From the NCBI GenBank assembly GCA_002728255.1, contig PBWV01000047.1:27368-91367 (forward strand): 64,000 bases of DNA. Reading direction: 5' to 3'. The notes beneath the pieces are model-generated. The model did no database searches. It saw nothing but the letters and a program-made list of their open reading frames with translations, and was not told the DNA's origin. This document shows positions 10,857-21,364 of the stretch, piece after piece. The translations under genes and the position numbers were made by a program. The stretch's first letter is position 1, and every line of letters starts with the position of its first letter. This stretch comes from Rhodospirillaceae bacterium. Lineage in GTDB: Bacteria; Pseudomonadota; Alphaproteobacteria; UBA7887.

Positions 10857-12520
10857 AAATTGAAAAAGAGCTTCTATTTCTCCCGCTTGGAGGTGCTGAA
10901 GAAATTGGAATGAACCTAAATCTATATGGCTTTGAGGAAAAATGGCTAATGGTCGATTTAGGAGTGGCATTTGGCGAAGATCGACTGCCAGGAATAGATA
11001 CTATAATGCCAGACCCACAATTCATTGTTGATCGCCGTAAAGATTTACTAGGTTTGGTGTTGACCCATGGGCATGAGGACCATTTGGGTGCCATTAAATA
11101 TTTATGGCCCCAGCTTAGATGTCCTATCTATGCCACACCATTTACGGCAGAATTGCTTCATTCAAAGTTATCAGAGACTAATTTTAGGAATGAAGTAGGC
11201 ATAACTAAAGTGTCGTTGGGAGAGAGATTTTCTGTTGGACCTTTTGATCTTGAATTCATAAGCACCACTCACTCAATCCCTGAGCCCAATGCGATAGCTC
11301 TGAGAACTGCGTTAGGTACAGTCGTGCATACTGGAGATTTTAAAATAGATCGACAACCATTAATAGGGAAAACTTTTGATAGCGGGACTTTGTCCCGCAT
11401 TGGTGATGAAGGTGTTTTAGCCGTTGTCTGCGATTCAACCAATGTATTTGAGGAGAAGGAGTCGGGATCCGAAAGTTTGCTAGGAGATACATTTGATAAA
11501 ATTATTGGGGAGACGGAGGGGATAGTAGGAGTTACTACCTTTGCTTCTAATGTGGCTCGAATAAAGACAATTGTCGAGGCCGCTATCAGAAATGACCGCC
11601 ACGCAGTGCTTATCGGAAGAAGTTTAATCCGAACAATACAAGTGGCTCGTAAAGCTGGTTACTTAAGTGAATTGCCTGATTTCATTTCTGAAAAAGATGT
11701 TAGTTTTCTGCCTCGAGATAAAGTTTTATTGATTTGCACCGGGTCGCAGGGGGAACCTCGGGGTGCGCTCTCACGTATTTCCTATGGTCAGAACCGAAAC
11801 ATTAACCTTAAGTCAGGTGATACAATCATTTTTTCTTCTAAAATTATTCCTGGAAATGAGAAAATGATTGGACGATTGCAAAATCGATTATCTGTGCTAG
11901 GTGTCGATGTGGTAACGGAAAGAGATGCTCTGGTGCATGTTTCCGGCCATCCATCCAAGATCGAATTGGCTGAAATGTATGCATTGACTCGGCCAAAGAT
12001 TGCAATTCCAGTGCACGGTGAACGACGTCATATAGCGGAACACGCCAAGCTTGCTAAAAAGTTACAGATTCCACTAGCAATTCAGGTAAATAATGGTTCT
12101 TTGGTCCACCTTGCTCCCGGAAAAGCGCGGGTCATTGATGAGGTCGAATCGGGTAGGTTGGCTCTTAATGGCTCACAAGTTGTGCCAGTTGATAGTACTC
12201 TAATCAAAGAGAGAAAAAAGCTAATGCACGGGGGCTTAATTGGTTTGACATTGCTGCTCGGCTCTAAGGGTGATCTAAAAAAATCCCCTAATTTTATAAG
12301 TCGTGGGGTGTTTAATGACACTAATGAAAATGTAGCTAAAGATTTATCTGTGGTTGTTGAAAATTCTCTCAAAGAATTCCCAGAAGAGATTATGGGCTCT
12401 GACAATCTTTTGGCTAAGGAAATAAAAAAAGTTCTTCGCAGGGTGATTAAAAATAATTGGGAAATTAAGCCAGAGATTGTAGTAGAAATCATGAGAATTG
12501 AGGAATCTATAAAAGTGTAA
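10853..12520 (+). CDS. rnj: Ribonuclease J
   Basis: PLGG.EEIGMN, LTHGHEDHLG metallo-beta-lactamase motif, TGSQGEP, HVSGH, PVHGE. Confidence 0.95.
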   Translation: MKIEKELLFLPLGGAEEIGMNLNLYGFEEKWLMVDLGVAFGEDRLPGIDTIMPDPQFIVDRRKDLLGLVLTHGHEDHLGAIKYLWPQLRCPIYATPFTAELLHSKLSETNFRNEVGITKVSLGERFSVGPFDLEFISTTHSIPEPNAIALRTALGTVVHTGDFKIDRQPLIGKTFDSGTLSRIGDEGVLAVVCDSTNVFEEKESGSESLLGDTFDKIIGETEGIVGVTTFASNVARIKTIVEAAIRNDRHAVLIGRSLIRTIQVARKAGYLSELPDFISEKDVSFLPRDKVLLICTGSQGEPRGALSRISYGQNRNINLKSGDTIIFSSKIIPGNEKMIGRLQNRLSVLGVDVVTERDALVHVSGHPSKIELAEMYALTRPKIAIPVHGERRHIAEHAKLAKKLQIPLAIQVNNGSLVHLAPGKARVIDEVESGRLALNGSQVVPVDSTLIKERKKLMHGGLIGLTLLLGSKGDLKKSPNFISRGVFNDTNENVAKDLSVVVENSLKEFPEEIMGSDNLLAKEIKKVLRRVIKNNWEIKPEIVVEIMRIEESIKV

Positions 12521-12579
12521 CGTTGTAGGATATAGTTTTATAATTCTTTTTAAGCTCAAAAGAAGAGAAAAATTATTTT

Positions 12580-12984
12580 ATGATTGAAAAACTAAACCAT
12601 GTGGCGATTGTAGTTCCAGATCTTTGTAAAGCAAAGCTTGTTTACGAAGGTGCGTTGGGGGCTAAGGTAAGTGGTGTCAAATCATTACCCGAGCATGGTG
12701 TGTCTATACTTTTCGTGGATCTTGGTAATACAAAGATTGAACTTATGCACCCGCTTGGTGATGGTTCACCCATTTCTACATTCTTAGAGAAGAACCCAAA
12801 TGGTAGTATTCATCATCTTTGTTTTGAGGTCCATAGTATAGATGAAGCATTAGAATTTTTGACCAAGAAAGGGCTTCGTGTTCTGGGAGATGGTATCCCC
12901 AAGATTGGGGCTCATGGAAAACCGGTTGTTTTCTTGCATCCTAGAGATTTTTTGGGGACTCTAATCGAGCTCGAGGAAATCTAA
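12580..12984 (+). CDS. mce: Methylmalonyl-CoA epimerase
   Basis: LNHVAIVV, KIELMHP, IHHLCFEV, GAHGKPVVFLHP, LIELE; follows rnj as in alphaproteobacteria. Confidence 0.92.
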   Translation: MIEKLNHVAIVVPDLCKAKLVYEGALGAKVSGVKSLPEHGVSILFVDLGNTKIELMHPLGDGSPISTFLEKNPNGSIHHLCFEVHSIDEALEFLTKKGLRVLGDGIPKIGAHGKPVVFLHPRDFLGTLIELEEI

Positions 12985-13011
12985 TAACAGATATAATAAG
13001 GCATTCTAAGA

Positions 13012-13257
13012 ATGAGTAATTTAACCACTCTTTTTACATTTTTCATTACTTGGTGGCTTGTTTTATTTACAACCTTGCCTTTTGGGGTAAAACGAGTCGA
13101 GAATCCTGAGGACCGCATGGAGGTGGGGGCACCAGAGAAGCCACAATTGTGGCTAAAGATGGGAATTACGACCGCTGTTAGCATAGTATTTACAGGAATT
13201 TTGCGTGTCTGCATGGATGCCGGCATAATTTCTCTCAAAGATTTGGCGCTTTTATAA
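13012..13257 (+). CDS. DUF1467-family small membrane protein
   Basis: F.I.WW.VLF..LPFGV and GAP..P.L..K pattern; typical position between mce and proS. Confidence 0.8.
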   Translation: MSNLTTLFTFFITWWLVLFTTLPFGVKRVENPEDRMEVGAPEKPQLWLKMGITTAVSIVFTGILRVCMDAGIISLKDLALL

Positions 13258-13296
13258 CTGGAGAGTTTTAGTGAGTAGTAGCGGGGTGAAATTTCA

Positions 13297-14616
13297 ATGC
13301 GATTGACTAATTACTTTCTGCCAACTTTACGGGAGACACCAGCTGAGGCTCAGATAAACTCCCACCGCTTAATGCTACGAGCAGGCCTTATTCGCCAAGC
13401 TAGCGCAGGAATTTATTCTTGGCTGCCTATGGGTTATCGAGTGTTACAAAAGATATCTGAGATTGTTCGAGCGGAGCAAAATCGTGCTGGTGCTCATGAA
13501 ATGCTGATGCCAACACTTCAACTTGCTGAATTATGGAAACGAAGTGGAAGGTATGAAGCTTATGGCCCAGAGATGCTCCGCATAAAGGATCGCAACAATC
13601 GAGATATGCTGTATGGCCCAACAAATGAAGAACAAATTACGGAAATAGTATCCGATTCCATTTCTAGTTATAAAGATTTACCCAAGACACTCTTTCATAT
13701 CCAGTGGAAATTTAGGGATGAGGTTCGTCCGCGCTTTGGGGTAATGCGTGGGCGAGAATTTTTGATGAAGGATGGCTATTCATTTGACTTAAGTCCTAAT
13801 TTGGCTCGAACGTCATATAATAAGATGTTTATCTCGTACCTTAGAACCTTTGCTCGAATGGGACTAAAGGCTATTCCAATGCGTGCGGATTCTGGTCCAA
13901 TAGGCGGGAGTATGAGCCATGAATTTATAATATTAGCTGAGACTGGTGAAAGTAAGGTATTTTTTCATTCGGATTATTTGGGTTTTGATGTCTTAAAACA
14001 GGAGGTGGATTATACTTCTGACCTTTCACAAGATGTTGCACTCTGGACCAAGTTATACGCGGCTACCGATGAACAACATAATAGCATACTCTTTGACGAG
14101 CAGGTGCCTTCAGAGAACCAGCGCGAAGGTAGAGGTATAGAAGTGGGTCATATATTTTATTTTGGGAAGAAATATTCGGATTCAATGAAGGCACAGGTCC
14201 TGGACTCCAACGGGGATATGGTGGGGTTAGAAATGGGTTCCTATGGTATTGGTGTTTCTCGCTTAGTAGGGGCAATTATAGAAGCTAATCATGATGAAAA
14301 TGGGATCATATGGCCGACGCCTGTGGCCCCATATAGAATAGGCATTATTAATTTGAAAGTAGGTTCTAAAGATTGTGATGAAATATGTGAAGAGTTATAT
14401 GCCCGATTAAAGGAGTTAAAAATTGATGTGTTGTACGATGATAGGGATGCAAGAGCAGGAGCTAAATTTGTAAATATGGATTTAATTGGACTGCCTTTCC
14501 AAGTAATAGTTGGCCCAAAAAGTGCTAAAAATAAAATGGTAGAGGTGAAGATAAGAGCAACTAGTGAGCGCTTCGAGAGCGATCTGCCTGGTGCTCTATC
14601 CAAAGTTATTGACTAA
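13297..14616 (+). CDS. proS: Proline-tRNA ligase, short form without the INS editing domain
   Basis: [54 protein letters not shown]; 439 aa. Confidence 0.97.
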   Translation: MRLTNYFLPTLRETPAEAQINSHRLMLRAGLIRQASAGIYSWLPMGYRVLQKISEIVRAEQNRAGAHEMLMPTLQLAELWKRSGRYEAYGPEMLRIKDRNNRDMLYGPTNEEQITEIVSDSISSYKDLPKTLFHIQWKFRDEVRPRFGVMRGREFLMKDGYSFDLSPNLARTSYNKMFISYLRTFARMGLKAIPMRADSGPIGGSMSHEFIILAETGESKVFFHSDYLGFDVLKQEVDYTSDLSQDVALWTKLYAATDEQHNSILFDEQVPSENQREGRGIEVGHIFYFGKKYSDSMKAQVLDSNGDMVGLEMGSYGIGVSRLVGAIIEANHDENGIIWPTPVAPYRIGIINLKVGSKDCDEICEELYARLKELKIDVLYDDRDARAGAKFVNMDLIGLPFQVIVGPKSAKNKMVEVKIRATSERFESDLPGALSKVID

Positions 14617-14661
14617 TCAAAAGGGCTTTACAGAGCTTGATAAGCGTAAAATATAGAACGG

Positions 14662-15921
14662 ATGTTGCTAATGTTCAGAAGTTTTGAATTCTGGGTGGCG
14701 GCCCGTTATCTTAAATCTAGAAATGGTGATGGCTTTATTTCTTTAATCGCCTGGTTTTCGTTGATTGGTATTGCTCTTGGTGTAGCTACATTGATTATTG
14801 TTTTGTCGGTGATGAATGGTTTCCGTCATGAACTTCTAACAAGAGTTCTGGGTATAAATGGACATATAAGTATTGAAGCAAAATCTGGACAAATAGGAAT
14901 TAAAAATTTTGATGAGACAATAAAATCTGTTACAGGACTGCCCGATGTAACTCATGCTGTTGCTATCGTGGAAGGGCAGGTTTTGATCACCGGGAATGGT
15001 AACGCTCGAGGCGCAGTTGTCCGAGGTGTACGAAAACTCGATTTCCGACCAACAGATCTTCTTTTAACGGGCATCATAGCTGGGAGTATGGAGGAATTTG
15101 ATGGGGGGAATGGCATTGTAATAGGGAGACGTTTAGCTAATTCCCTTGGCGTTAAAATAGGGGATAGCGTAACTATACTTTCTGCAAAGGGGCGCAACAC
15201 TATCATGGGTGAAGTTCCTAGATCACGTGCTTACAATATTTTAGCTTTATTTGATATAGGGATGTATGAATACGATGCTGGAATAATATACATGCCCTTA
15301 TCGCATTCTCAAAAATTCTTTTTACAAGACGACCATGTAAATAAAATTGATGTATTCCTTAAAGATCCCGAGTTTGCGAACCATAGTGGTATTAGAGTTG
15401 GGGCCGTTATTAATAACGACCTCAGGGTTTATACATGGAAACAAATTCACTCGCATTTTTTTAATGCGCTTCAGGTAGAACGCAATGTCATGTTTTTGAT
15501 ATTAACATTAATTATTCTGGTAGCCGCGTTTAATATACTTTCCAGTCTGATCATGCTGGTTAACAGCAAAACCAAAGGTATTGCTATTTTGCGAACGATT
15601 GGTGTTACTCGGGGGTCCATAATGAGGGTCTTTATTATCACGGGTGCATCGATTGGGAGTGTTGGCACTATTTTAGGTTTAGTGCTTGGTCTTTATTTCA
15701 GCTATAATATTGATGAGATACGAATTTTTCTGGAAGGTTTCTCTGGAACCGAGTTATGGTCTCCAGAAATCCGGTTTCTTTCTAATTTGCCTGCAATAGT
15801 CGATGTAAGTGAGGTAATTTTAGTTGTAGGAATTAGTTTATTTCTCTCTTTCGGAGCTACTATCTACCCTTCATGGCGAGCGTCAAAGTTAGATCCGGTG
15901 GAAGTCCTTCGTTATGAATGA
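14662..15921 (+). CDS. lolE: Lipoprotein-releasing ABC transporter permease (LolC/E, single LolF-type)
   Basis: GIALGVATLIIVLSVMNGF, VAAFNI, IAILRT.G, YPSWRA..LDPVEVLRYE; alternative start ATG 14671. Confidence 0.92.
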   Translation: MLLMFRSFEFWVAARYLKSRNGDGFISLIAWFSLIGIALGVATLIIVLSVMNGFRHELLTRVLGINGHISIEAKSGQIGIKNFDETIKSVTGLPDVTHAVAIVEGQVLITGNGNARGAVVRGVRKLDFRPTDLLLTGIIAGSMEEFDGGNGIVIGRRLANSLGVKIGDSVTILSAKGRNTIMGEVPRSRAYNILALFDIGMYEYDAGIIYMPLSHSQKFFLQDDHVNKIDVFLKDPEFANHSGIRVGAVINNDLRVYTWKQIHSHFFNALQVERNVMFLILTLIILVAAFNILSSLIMLVNSKTKGIAILRTIGVTRGSIMRVFIITGASIGSVGTILGLVLGLYFSYNIDEIRIFLEGFSGTELWSPEIRFLSNLPAIVDVSEVILVVGISLFLSFGATIYPSWRASKLDPVEVLRYE

Positions 15922-16612
15922 GGCAAAAAGTAAAACAATTGTTCAGTTGGATAATGTTTGCAGGAGCTTCCAACAAGGCTCCAGAACTATTGAAGTTCTA
16001 AAAAATATTTCGATCAATGTGGAAGCGGGCGAATCTGTTGGTATATTAGGTCCTTCTGGGTCGGGAAAATCAACAATGCTTCATATAGTTGGCCTTCTTG
16101 AACCTCCTGATTCTGGCCACGTATTTCTAGACGGCCTTAATAGCAGCTTAATGAAGGACCATGACAAGACCATCCTTCGACGGAAATACTTAGGATTTGT
16201 TTATCAATTCCACCATTTGTTGTCTGAATTTTCTGCTATTGATAACGTTATTTTGCCGCAGATAATTGCAGGAAGATCAAAAAAAGAGGCCAGAGATCGT
16301 TCAAAGTTATTGCTAGAGAAGGTTGGGCTGATTTCTCGGTCTGAGCATAAACCGGGACAACTATCTGGTGGGGAACAACAGAGAATTGCAATAGCACGAG
16401 CATTAGCTAATAAGCCGAAGCTAATAATAGCAGACGAGCCTACGGGTAATCTTGACATGGAAACTGCGGAGAAAGTTACTGATGTCCTTTTTGAAATTCT
16501 TGCGAGCGAGGCGGTAGGAGCGATAGTTGCTACACACAATCCTGAATTAGTGGCGCGTTTGGACCATGCTTTCTCTCTACCGGAAATAGGATTAGGTAAA
16601 CGCGTATCATAG
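15914..16612 (+). CDS. lolD: Lipoprotein-releasing ABC transporter ATPase
   Basis: GPSGSGKST, GFVYQFHHLL, LSGGEQQR, ADEPTGNLD. Confidence 0.94.
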   Translation: MNEAKSKTIVQLDNVCRSFQQGSRTIEVLKNISINVEAGESVGILGPSGSGKSTMLHIVGLLEPPDSGHVFLDGLNSSLMKDHDKTILRRKYLGFVYQFHHLLSEFSAIDNVILPQIIAGRSKKEARDRSKLLLEKVGLISRSEHKPGQLSGGEQQRIAIARALANKPKLIIADEPTGNLDMETAEKVTDVLFEILASEAVGAIVATHNPELVARLDHAFSLPEIGLGKRVS

Positions 16613-16777
16613 GTCAACTTTACTTATTAAGTTGGGTTTTATCCTTGGTTTGGAGAGGATGATAAAGACGGTCCCTGTCCGTGAAGAGCTCTGATTTTAC
16701 ACGAAATAAATCATTTGTGTGGGGGGTAAATTTCGTAGAGTATTGCAACTGATCTAGGTTTGTAGTGGAACTGCTCG

Positions 16778-19700
16778 ATGCCTCATTCACCATTTGTCCA
16801 TCTTCGGGTACATAGCGCCTATTCGCTCTCTGAGGGAGCTGTAAAAATTCCCGAACTGGCAATGTTGGCTAAAAGAGGTCAAATGCCAGCTGTAGGTATT
16901 ACAGATAGTGGAAATTTGTTCGGGGCGCTTGAATTTTCTGCGATGTGTGCCAAAAAAGGTGTTCAGCCGATTATTGGATGCCAAATTGGAATGGTATCGG
17001 CTGATTATGGAGAGGGGAGTTCCAGGAACCGGCCAGAAGAACTAGTTTTATTTGTCAAAGATAAAAAAGGTTATGAGAATCTTATAAAGCTGGTAAGTCG
17101 ATCATTCTTACAAGTGGGTGAAGCACAGTTTCCACAAATTTCTTATGAGGAGCTCGCTGATCATAACCAAGGTTTAATAGCTCTTACGGGTGGGCCAAAG
17201 GGAGGGGTCGGGCGTGCTATCCTAAATGGACAGAATGAAATAGCAGAAAAATTATTAAATTTCTTAAAGGAAGTATTTGATGATCGTTTGTATGTGGAAA
17301 TTATGCGCCACAAACAAAGCGAAGAAATTAGAACGGAATCGATCTTCTTAGATTTAGCTCAAAAGATAAAAATTCCAATAGTTGCCACCAATGAAGTATT
17401 TTTTTCTGACCCCGATATGTACGAGGCTCATGAAGCTTTGCTCTGTATCTCCGAAGGTAAAACACTTCATGATGACTCTAGAAGAAGATCCACAACGGAG
17501 CACTATTTTAAGTCGGCTGAGGAGATGGAACGGTTATTTTCTGACCTCCCGATAGCTATTGGTAACACTCTTGTGATTGCACAAAGATGCAGTTACATGG
17601 TTGAGGAACGTTCCCCTATGCTACCTCGGGCTGGCGGCGCGGCAGATGATGGTAGTGAGAATAATCTGATAACTAATTTGTGTCGGCAAGGACTTAAAGC
17701 TCGTCTTGATAACGAAAGGATCCCATCGGCTAATACACAGATTTACAAAGAGCGCCTATCCTATGAATTAGAGGTTATTGAAAGCATGGGATTTGCTGGT
17801 TACTTTTTGATTGTTTCTGAATTTATTAACTGGGCCAAAGCCCAAGATATTGCTGTTGGACCAGGACGAGGCTCTGGAGCAGGCTCGGTCGTAGCCTGGT
17901 CTCTTGGAATAACTGATTTGGATCCCATAAAGTTTGGTCTTTTATTTGAGAGGTTTTTGAATCCAGAACGAGTCTCAATGCCGGACTTTGATATTGATTT
18001 TTGTCAGGAAAGGCGTGATGAGGTCATCCATCATGTTCAAGAACAGTATGGGGAAAATCAAGTCGCTCAAATAATTACTTTTGGAAAACTTCAAGCGCGA
18101 GCAGTTATGAGGGATGTAGGTCGGGTCCTGGGTATGCCTTATGGTCAGGTCGATCGCCTATGTAAATTGATTCCTAATAATCCGGCGGCCCCGGTGACTT
18201 TGCAAGAGGCCATAAATGGTGAACCAAGACTTGTAGAAGCTCGGAAGGAAGAACAAGGGGTCGGCCGACTCATAAGTATTGCTCTAAAGTTAGAAGGCCT
18301 GTACAGGCATGCTTCCACCCATGCGGCCGGTGTGGTAATTGGCGATAGAGCACTGGAGGAACTCGTACCCTTATATAGAGATCCCCGCTCTCAAATGGCA
18401 GTAACACAATTTAATATGAAGGATGTTGAAAAGGCGGGATTGGTAAAATTTGACTTTTTAGGACTTAAGACACTCACAGTTCTTCAAAAAGCTTTAAGGC
18501 TAGTTAAATCGTCTGGTTTTGAAATTGACTTAGTAAGTCTCCCATTAAATGATAGTTTAACATTTGCTCTCTTATCTTCAGGTGAAACCATTGGTGTTTT
18601 TCAAATGGAGAGCAACGGAATGCGTGAAGTTTTACGTAAGCTTAAGCCAGACCGATTTGAAGACATCATTGCCGTGGTCGCTCTCTATCGACCAGGCCCC
18701 ATGAGTAATATTCCAAGTTATATTGAACGTAAACATGGACGCGAAAAGGTCGAATATTTACATGATAGCTTAAAGCCTATTCTTCACGAGACCTATGGAA
18801 TCATGATTTATCAAGAACAGGTAATGCAGATAGCACAACAACTTTCTGGGTTCACACTTGGTGAGGCAGATTTGCTGCGACGAGCCATGGGAAAGAAAGA
18901 CCAAACAGAAATGGATGCTCAACGCCAAAGTTTTGTTGATGGAGCTGAGAAAAATGGGATGACAAAGGTTGAAGCCATTTCAACGTTTGATCAAGTGAAT
19001 GCATTTGCTGGTTATGGATTTAATAAAAGCCACGCTGCTGCATACGCGCTAGTAGGCTATCAGACCGCTTTTCTAAAGGCTCATCATCCAATCGAGTTTA
19101 TGGCTGCCCTAATGACACTGGAACAAGGAAATACGGATAAAATTGGGGCTTTGAGACAGGAGCTCGTTCGTTTGGGTGTGGAACTGGCGCCTCCAAGTAT
19201 CAATTTATCTAATAGTGAGTTTTGTGTCGAGACATCTGAAAAAACCGATAAAGCAAATAAAATTCGGTACGCATTGTCAGCTGTCAAGAATGTGGGGGTT
19301 GGCGTAGTTGATGAAATAGTGTCGGAGCGAAATGAAAGGGGACATTTCAAAAATCTTTTTGACTTCGCTAAGCGGCTCGGAAAAATTGCACTAAACAAAC
19401 GACAATTTATAAATTTGGCTAAAGCTGGGGCTTTTGATTGCTTTAATACAAATAGGGCCCAAGTAGTAGAATCGGCTGAAACGCTTATTCGGTATGGGGA
19501 TTGGGTCGCTGGCCAGACAGGAAAGGGGCAGGAAAGCCTGTTTCAAGATGGCCAAGGCCTCACAACTCATACGCCCGACCTAGCTATTGTCGAGGAATGG
19601 GCTCCCTTTGAACGTTTGCGGGAAGAAGCGGATGCACTAGGTTTTTATCTGTCATCTCATCCTTTAGATGCCTATGGATCCTTGATCGAGGGGCTTGGGG

Positions 19701-20233
19701 CGATTTCTTATAAATCTCTAGTCGAAGAAGGGATGACAAGTGATTCTGGTGGCAATAGAAAAAAAATAACGATCGTGGTTCAGAAACGAAGAGAACGCAA
19801 TTCCCGGAGGGGAAGGTATGCCTTTCTTGAAGTCTCTGACCAGACCGCCACCTTTGAAGTGACCATTTTCTCCGAATTACTTTCCCGTAAACGAGAGCTA
19901 CTAGAAACGGGCACAGCCCTACTGATAGAGGTTTCAGTGCAGAGAGATGACGATACACTACGATTGGTCGCCCAAAAAATAGATTTGTTGGATGATAAAA
20001 TAAATATGAAAAACAATACCTTAACTGTTTATCTTAAAGAAGATATGGAGATAGATGCCTTAAAATCGGTTATTGAAAGAGATCAGGGTGGTAAGGGTCA
20101 GTTACTACTAATTCAACGGCTCGGCCAGAACACAGAAGTTGAGGTAGAAATTGCTGGTACTTACTCGGGAAGCCCCGCTTTTAGGGCGGCACTCAAATCG
20201 GTGCCTGGAGTGATAGATGTTCTAGAGCGTTAG
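16778..20233 (+). CDS. dnaE: DNA polymerase III alpha subunit
   Basis: PHP domain start HLRVHSAYS, GPGRGSGAGS, FERFLNPERVSMPDFDIDF, KFDFLGL, YGFNKSH; no intein seen. Confidence 0.98.
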   Translation: MPHSPFVHLRVHSAYSLSEGAVKIPELAMLAKRGQMPAVGITDSGNLFGALEFSAMCAKKGVQPIIGCQIGMVSADYGEGSSRNRPEELVLFVKDKKGYENLIKLVSRSFLQVGEAQFPQISYEELADHNQGLIALTGGPKGGVGRAILNGQNEIAEKLLNFLKEVFDDRLYVEIMRHKQSEEIRTESIFLDLAQKIKIPIVATNEVFFSDPDMYEAHEALLCISEGKTLHDDSRRRSTTEHYFKSAEEMERLFSDLPIAIGNTLVIAQRCSYMVEERSPMLPRAGGAADDGSENNLITNLCRQGLKARLDNERIPSANTQIYKERLSYELEVIESMGFAGYFLIVSEFINWAKAQDIAVGPGRGSGAGSVVAWSLGITDLDPIKFGLLFERFLNPERVSMPDFDIDFCQERRDEVIHHVQEQYGENQVAQIITFGKLQARAVMRDVGRVLGMPYGQVDRLCKLIPNNPAAPVTLQEAINGEPRLVEARKEEQGVGRLISIALKLEGLYRHASTHAAGVVIGDRALEELVPLYRDPRSQMAVTQFNMKDVEKAGLVKFDFLGLKTLTVLQKALRLVKSSGFEIDLVSLPLNDSLTFALLSSGETIGVFQMESNGMREVLRKLKPDRFEDIIAVVALYRPGPMSNIPSYIERKHGREKVEYLHDSLKPILHETYGIMIYQEQVMQIAQQLSGFTLGEADLLRRAMGKKDQTEMDAQRQSFVDGAEKNGMTKVEAISTFDQVNAFAGYGFNKSHAAAYALVGYQTAFLKAHHPIEFMAALMTLEQGNTDKIGALRQELVRLGVELAPPSINLSNSEFCVETSEKTDKANKIRYALSAVKNVGVGVVDEIVSERNERGHFKNLFDFAKRLGKIALNKRQFINLAKAGAFDCFNTNRAQVVESAETLIRYGDWVAGQTGKGQESLFQDGQGLTTHTPDLAIVEEWAPFERLREEADALGFYLSSHPLDAYGSLIEGLGAISYKSLVEEGMTSDSGGNRKKITIVVQKRRERNSRRGRYAFLEVSDQTATFEVTIFSELLSRKRELLETGTALLIEVSVQRDDDTLRLVAQKIDLLDDKINMKNNTLTVYLKEDMEIDALKSVIERDQGGKGQLLLIQRLGQNTEVEVEIAGTYSGSPAFRAALKSVPGVIDVLER

Positions 20234-20252
20234 ATAGACCATGTTTTGGGTC

Positions 20253-20281
20253 TTGCCATCTGGGTTGGAGCAGGTTAATTC
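20253..20281 (+). promoter_or_regulatory. Putative sigma70 promoter of rpsB-tsf
   Basis: TTGCCA (20253-20258), 17-nt spacer, TAATTC (20276-20281); alphaproteobacterial-type -10 lacking the final T. Confidence 0.45.
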
Positions 20282-20286
20282 TCAGG

Positions 20287-20420
20287 GTCTATTGTTTAAG
20301 AAATTCTCACGTGAGTTTGGCTGGGGACTTCTAATGTTCTCGGACCGTCCGGTGTTTGCCTTTAGCCATATTGTGCAAACTCTATACTCATGGTGGCTTA
20401 ACCGGAAAAGGAGTTAATTA
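20287..20420 (+). promoter_or_regulatory. Structured rpsB 5' leader, candidate S2 autoregulatory element
   Basis: CCGGT(20349-53)/ACCGG(20401-05) and AGCCA(20364-68)/TGGCT(20394-98) stems immediately before the SD AAGGAG; rpsB leaders are known autoregulatory RNAs. Confidence 0.5.
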
Positions 20421-21293
20421 ATGGCGGTGCCAACGTTTACTATGCGACAATTGTTGGAATCTGGTGTTCATTTTGGACATCAAACCAGTCGATGGAACCC
20501 AAAAATGAACTCATACTTATTTGGGGTTCGAAATGGTGTTCATATTATAGATCTGCAACAAACAGTTCCTCTACTCTATAGAGCGCTCGAATTTGTCCAT
20601 GAAATCGCATCTAATGGTGGACGGGTACTATTTGTGGGAACCAAGAGACAGGCGGCAACGCCAATTGCGGAGGCAGCTGGCCGATGTGGGCAATACTTTG
20701 TAAATCATCGTTGGCTAGGAGGCATGCTCACAAATTGGAAAACGATCTCTAACTCGATATCTAGACTGAAAAAACTTGATGAACAGCTTTCAGAAGAAAA
20801 TTTAGGCCTCACAAAGAAAGAGTTATTAAACCTCACAAGAGAGCGCGAGAAGCTAGAGCGATCGCTTGGAGGTATTCGGGAAATGGGCGGACTGCCTGAT
20901 GTGATTGTTGTCATCGATACGAACAAAGAAGAGATTGCTGTTCATGAGGCTAATAAGTTGAACATTCCAGTCATAGCTGTGGTAGATAGTAATTCTAATC
21001 CCGAAGGTGTCCAATTTCCTATCCCTGGTAATGATGATGCGACTAGGTCCATTACTACCTACTGTGAGCTTATAACTCAATCAATTTTATCAGGTTTGCA
21101 GAAGGAGTTGGCAGCATCGGGAGTGGATATAGGGGCCAATGAGGAAATTGTAGAGGAAGGCCTTCCTGATCTGAAGGAAGAGGAGAAATCTCTTAGTGGC
21201 GTGGGTCAGTCAGACCCAGGGGAACAGTCCGAACCTTATACGGCAACAAGTGAGGTGATTGATCCTAGCTTGAGTGAAAAAAAGAGTGATTAA
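20421..21293 (+). CDS. rpsB: 30S ribosomal protein S2
   Basis: [37 protein letters not shown]; acidic C-terminal tail. Confidence 0.98.
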   Translation: MAVPTFTMRQLLESGVHFGHQTSRWNPKMNSYLFGVRNGVHIIDLQQTVPLLYRALEFVHEIASNGGRVLFVGTKRQAATPIAEAAGRCGQYFVNHRWLGGMLTNWKTISNSISRLKKLDEQLSEENLGLTKKELLNLTREREKLERSLGGIREMGGLPDVIVVIDTNKEEIAVHEANKLNIPVIAVVDSNSNPEGVQFPIPGNDDATRSITTYCELITQSILSGLQKELAASGVDIGANEEIVEEGLPDLKEEEKSLSGVGQSDPGEQSEPYTATSEVIDPSLSEKKSD

Positions 21294-21364
21294 AAATTGG
21301 ATTAAGCATGATGATCCGAGACCATAATTTTTGGAAATACGCCAACACCAATAAGAGGTAACAG

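Noticed and set aside
16613..16777. lolD-dnaE intergenic region with short inverted repeats (CAACTT/AAGTTG, ATCCT/AGGAT)
   Set aside because: The stems are short and weak, with no recognisable ncRNA, terminator or SOS box.
21120..21293. Acidic low-complexity C-terminal tail of RpsB
   Set aside because: Variable acidic tails are common in alphaproteobacterial S2 proteins.
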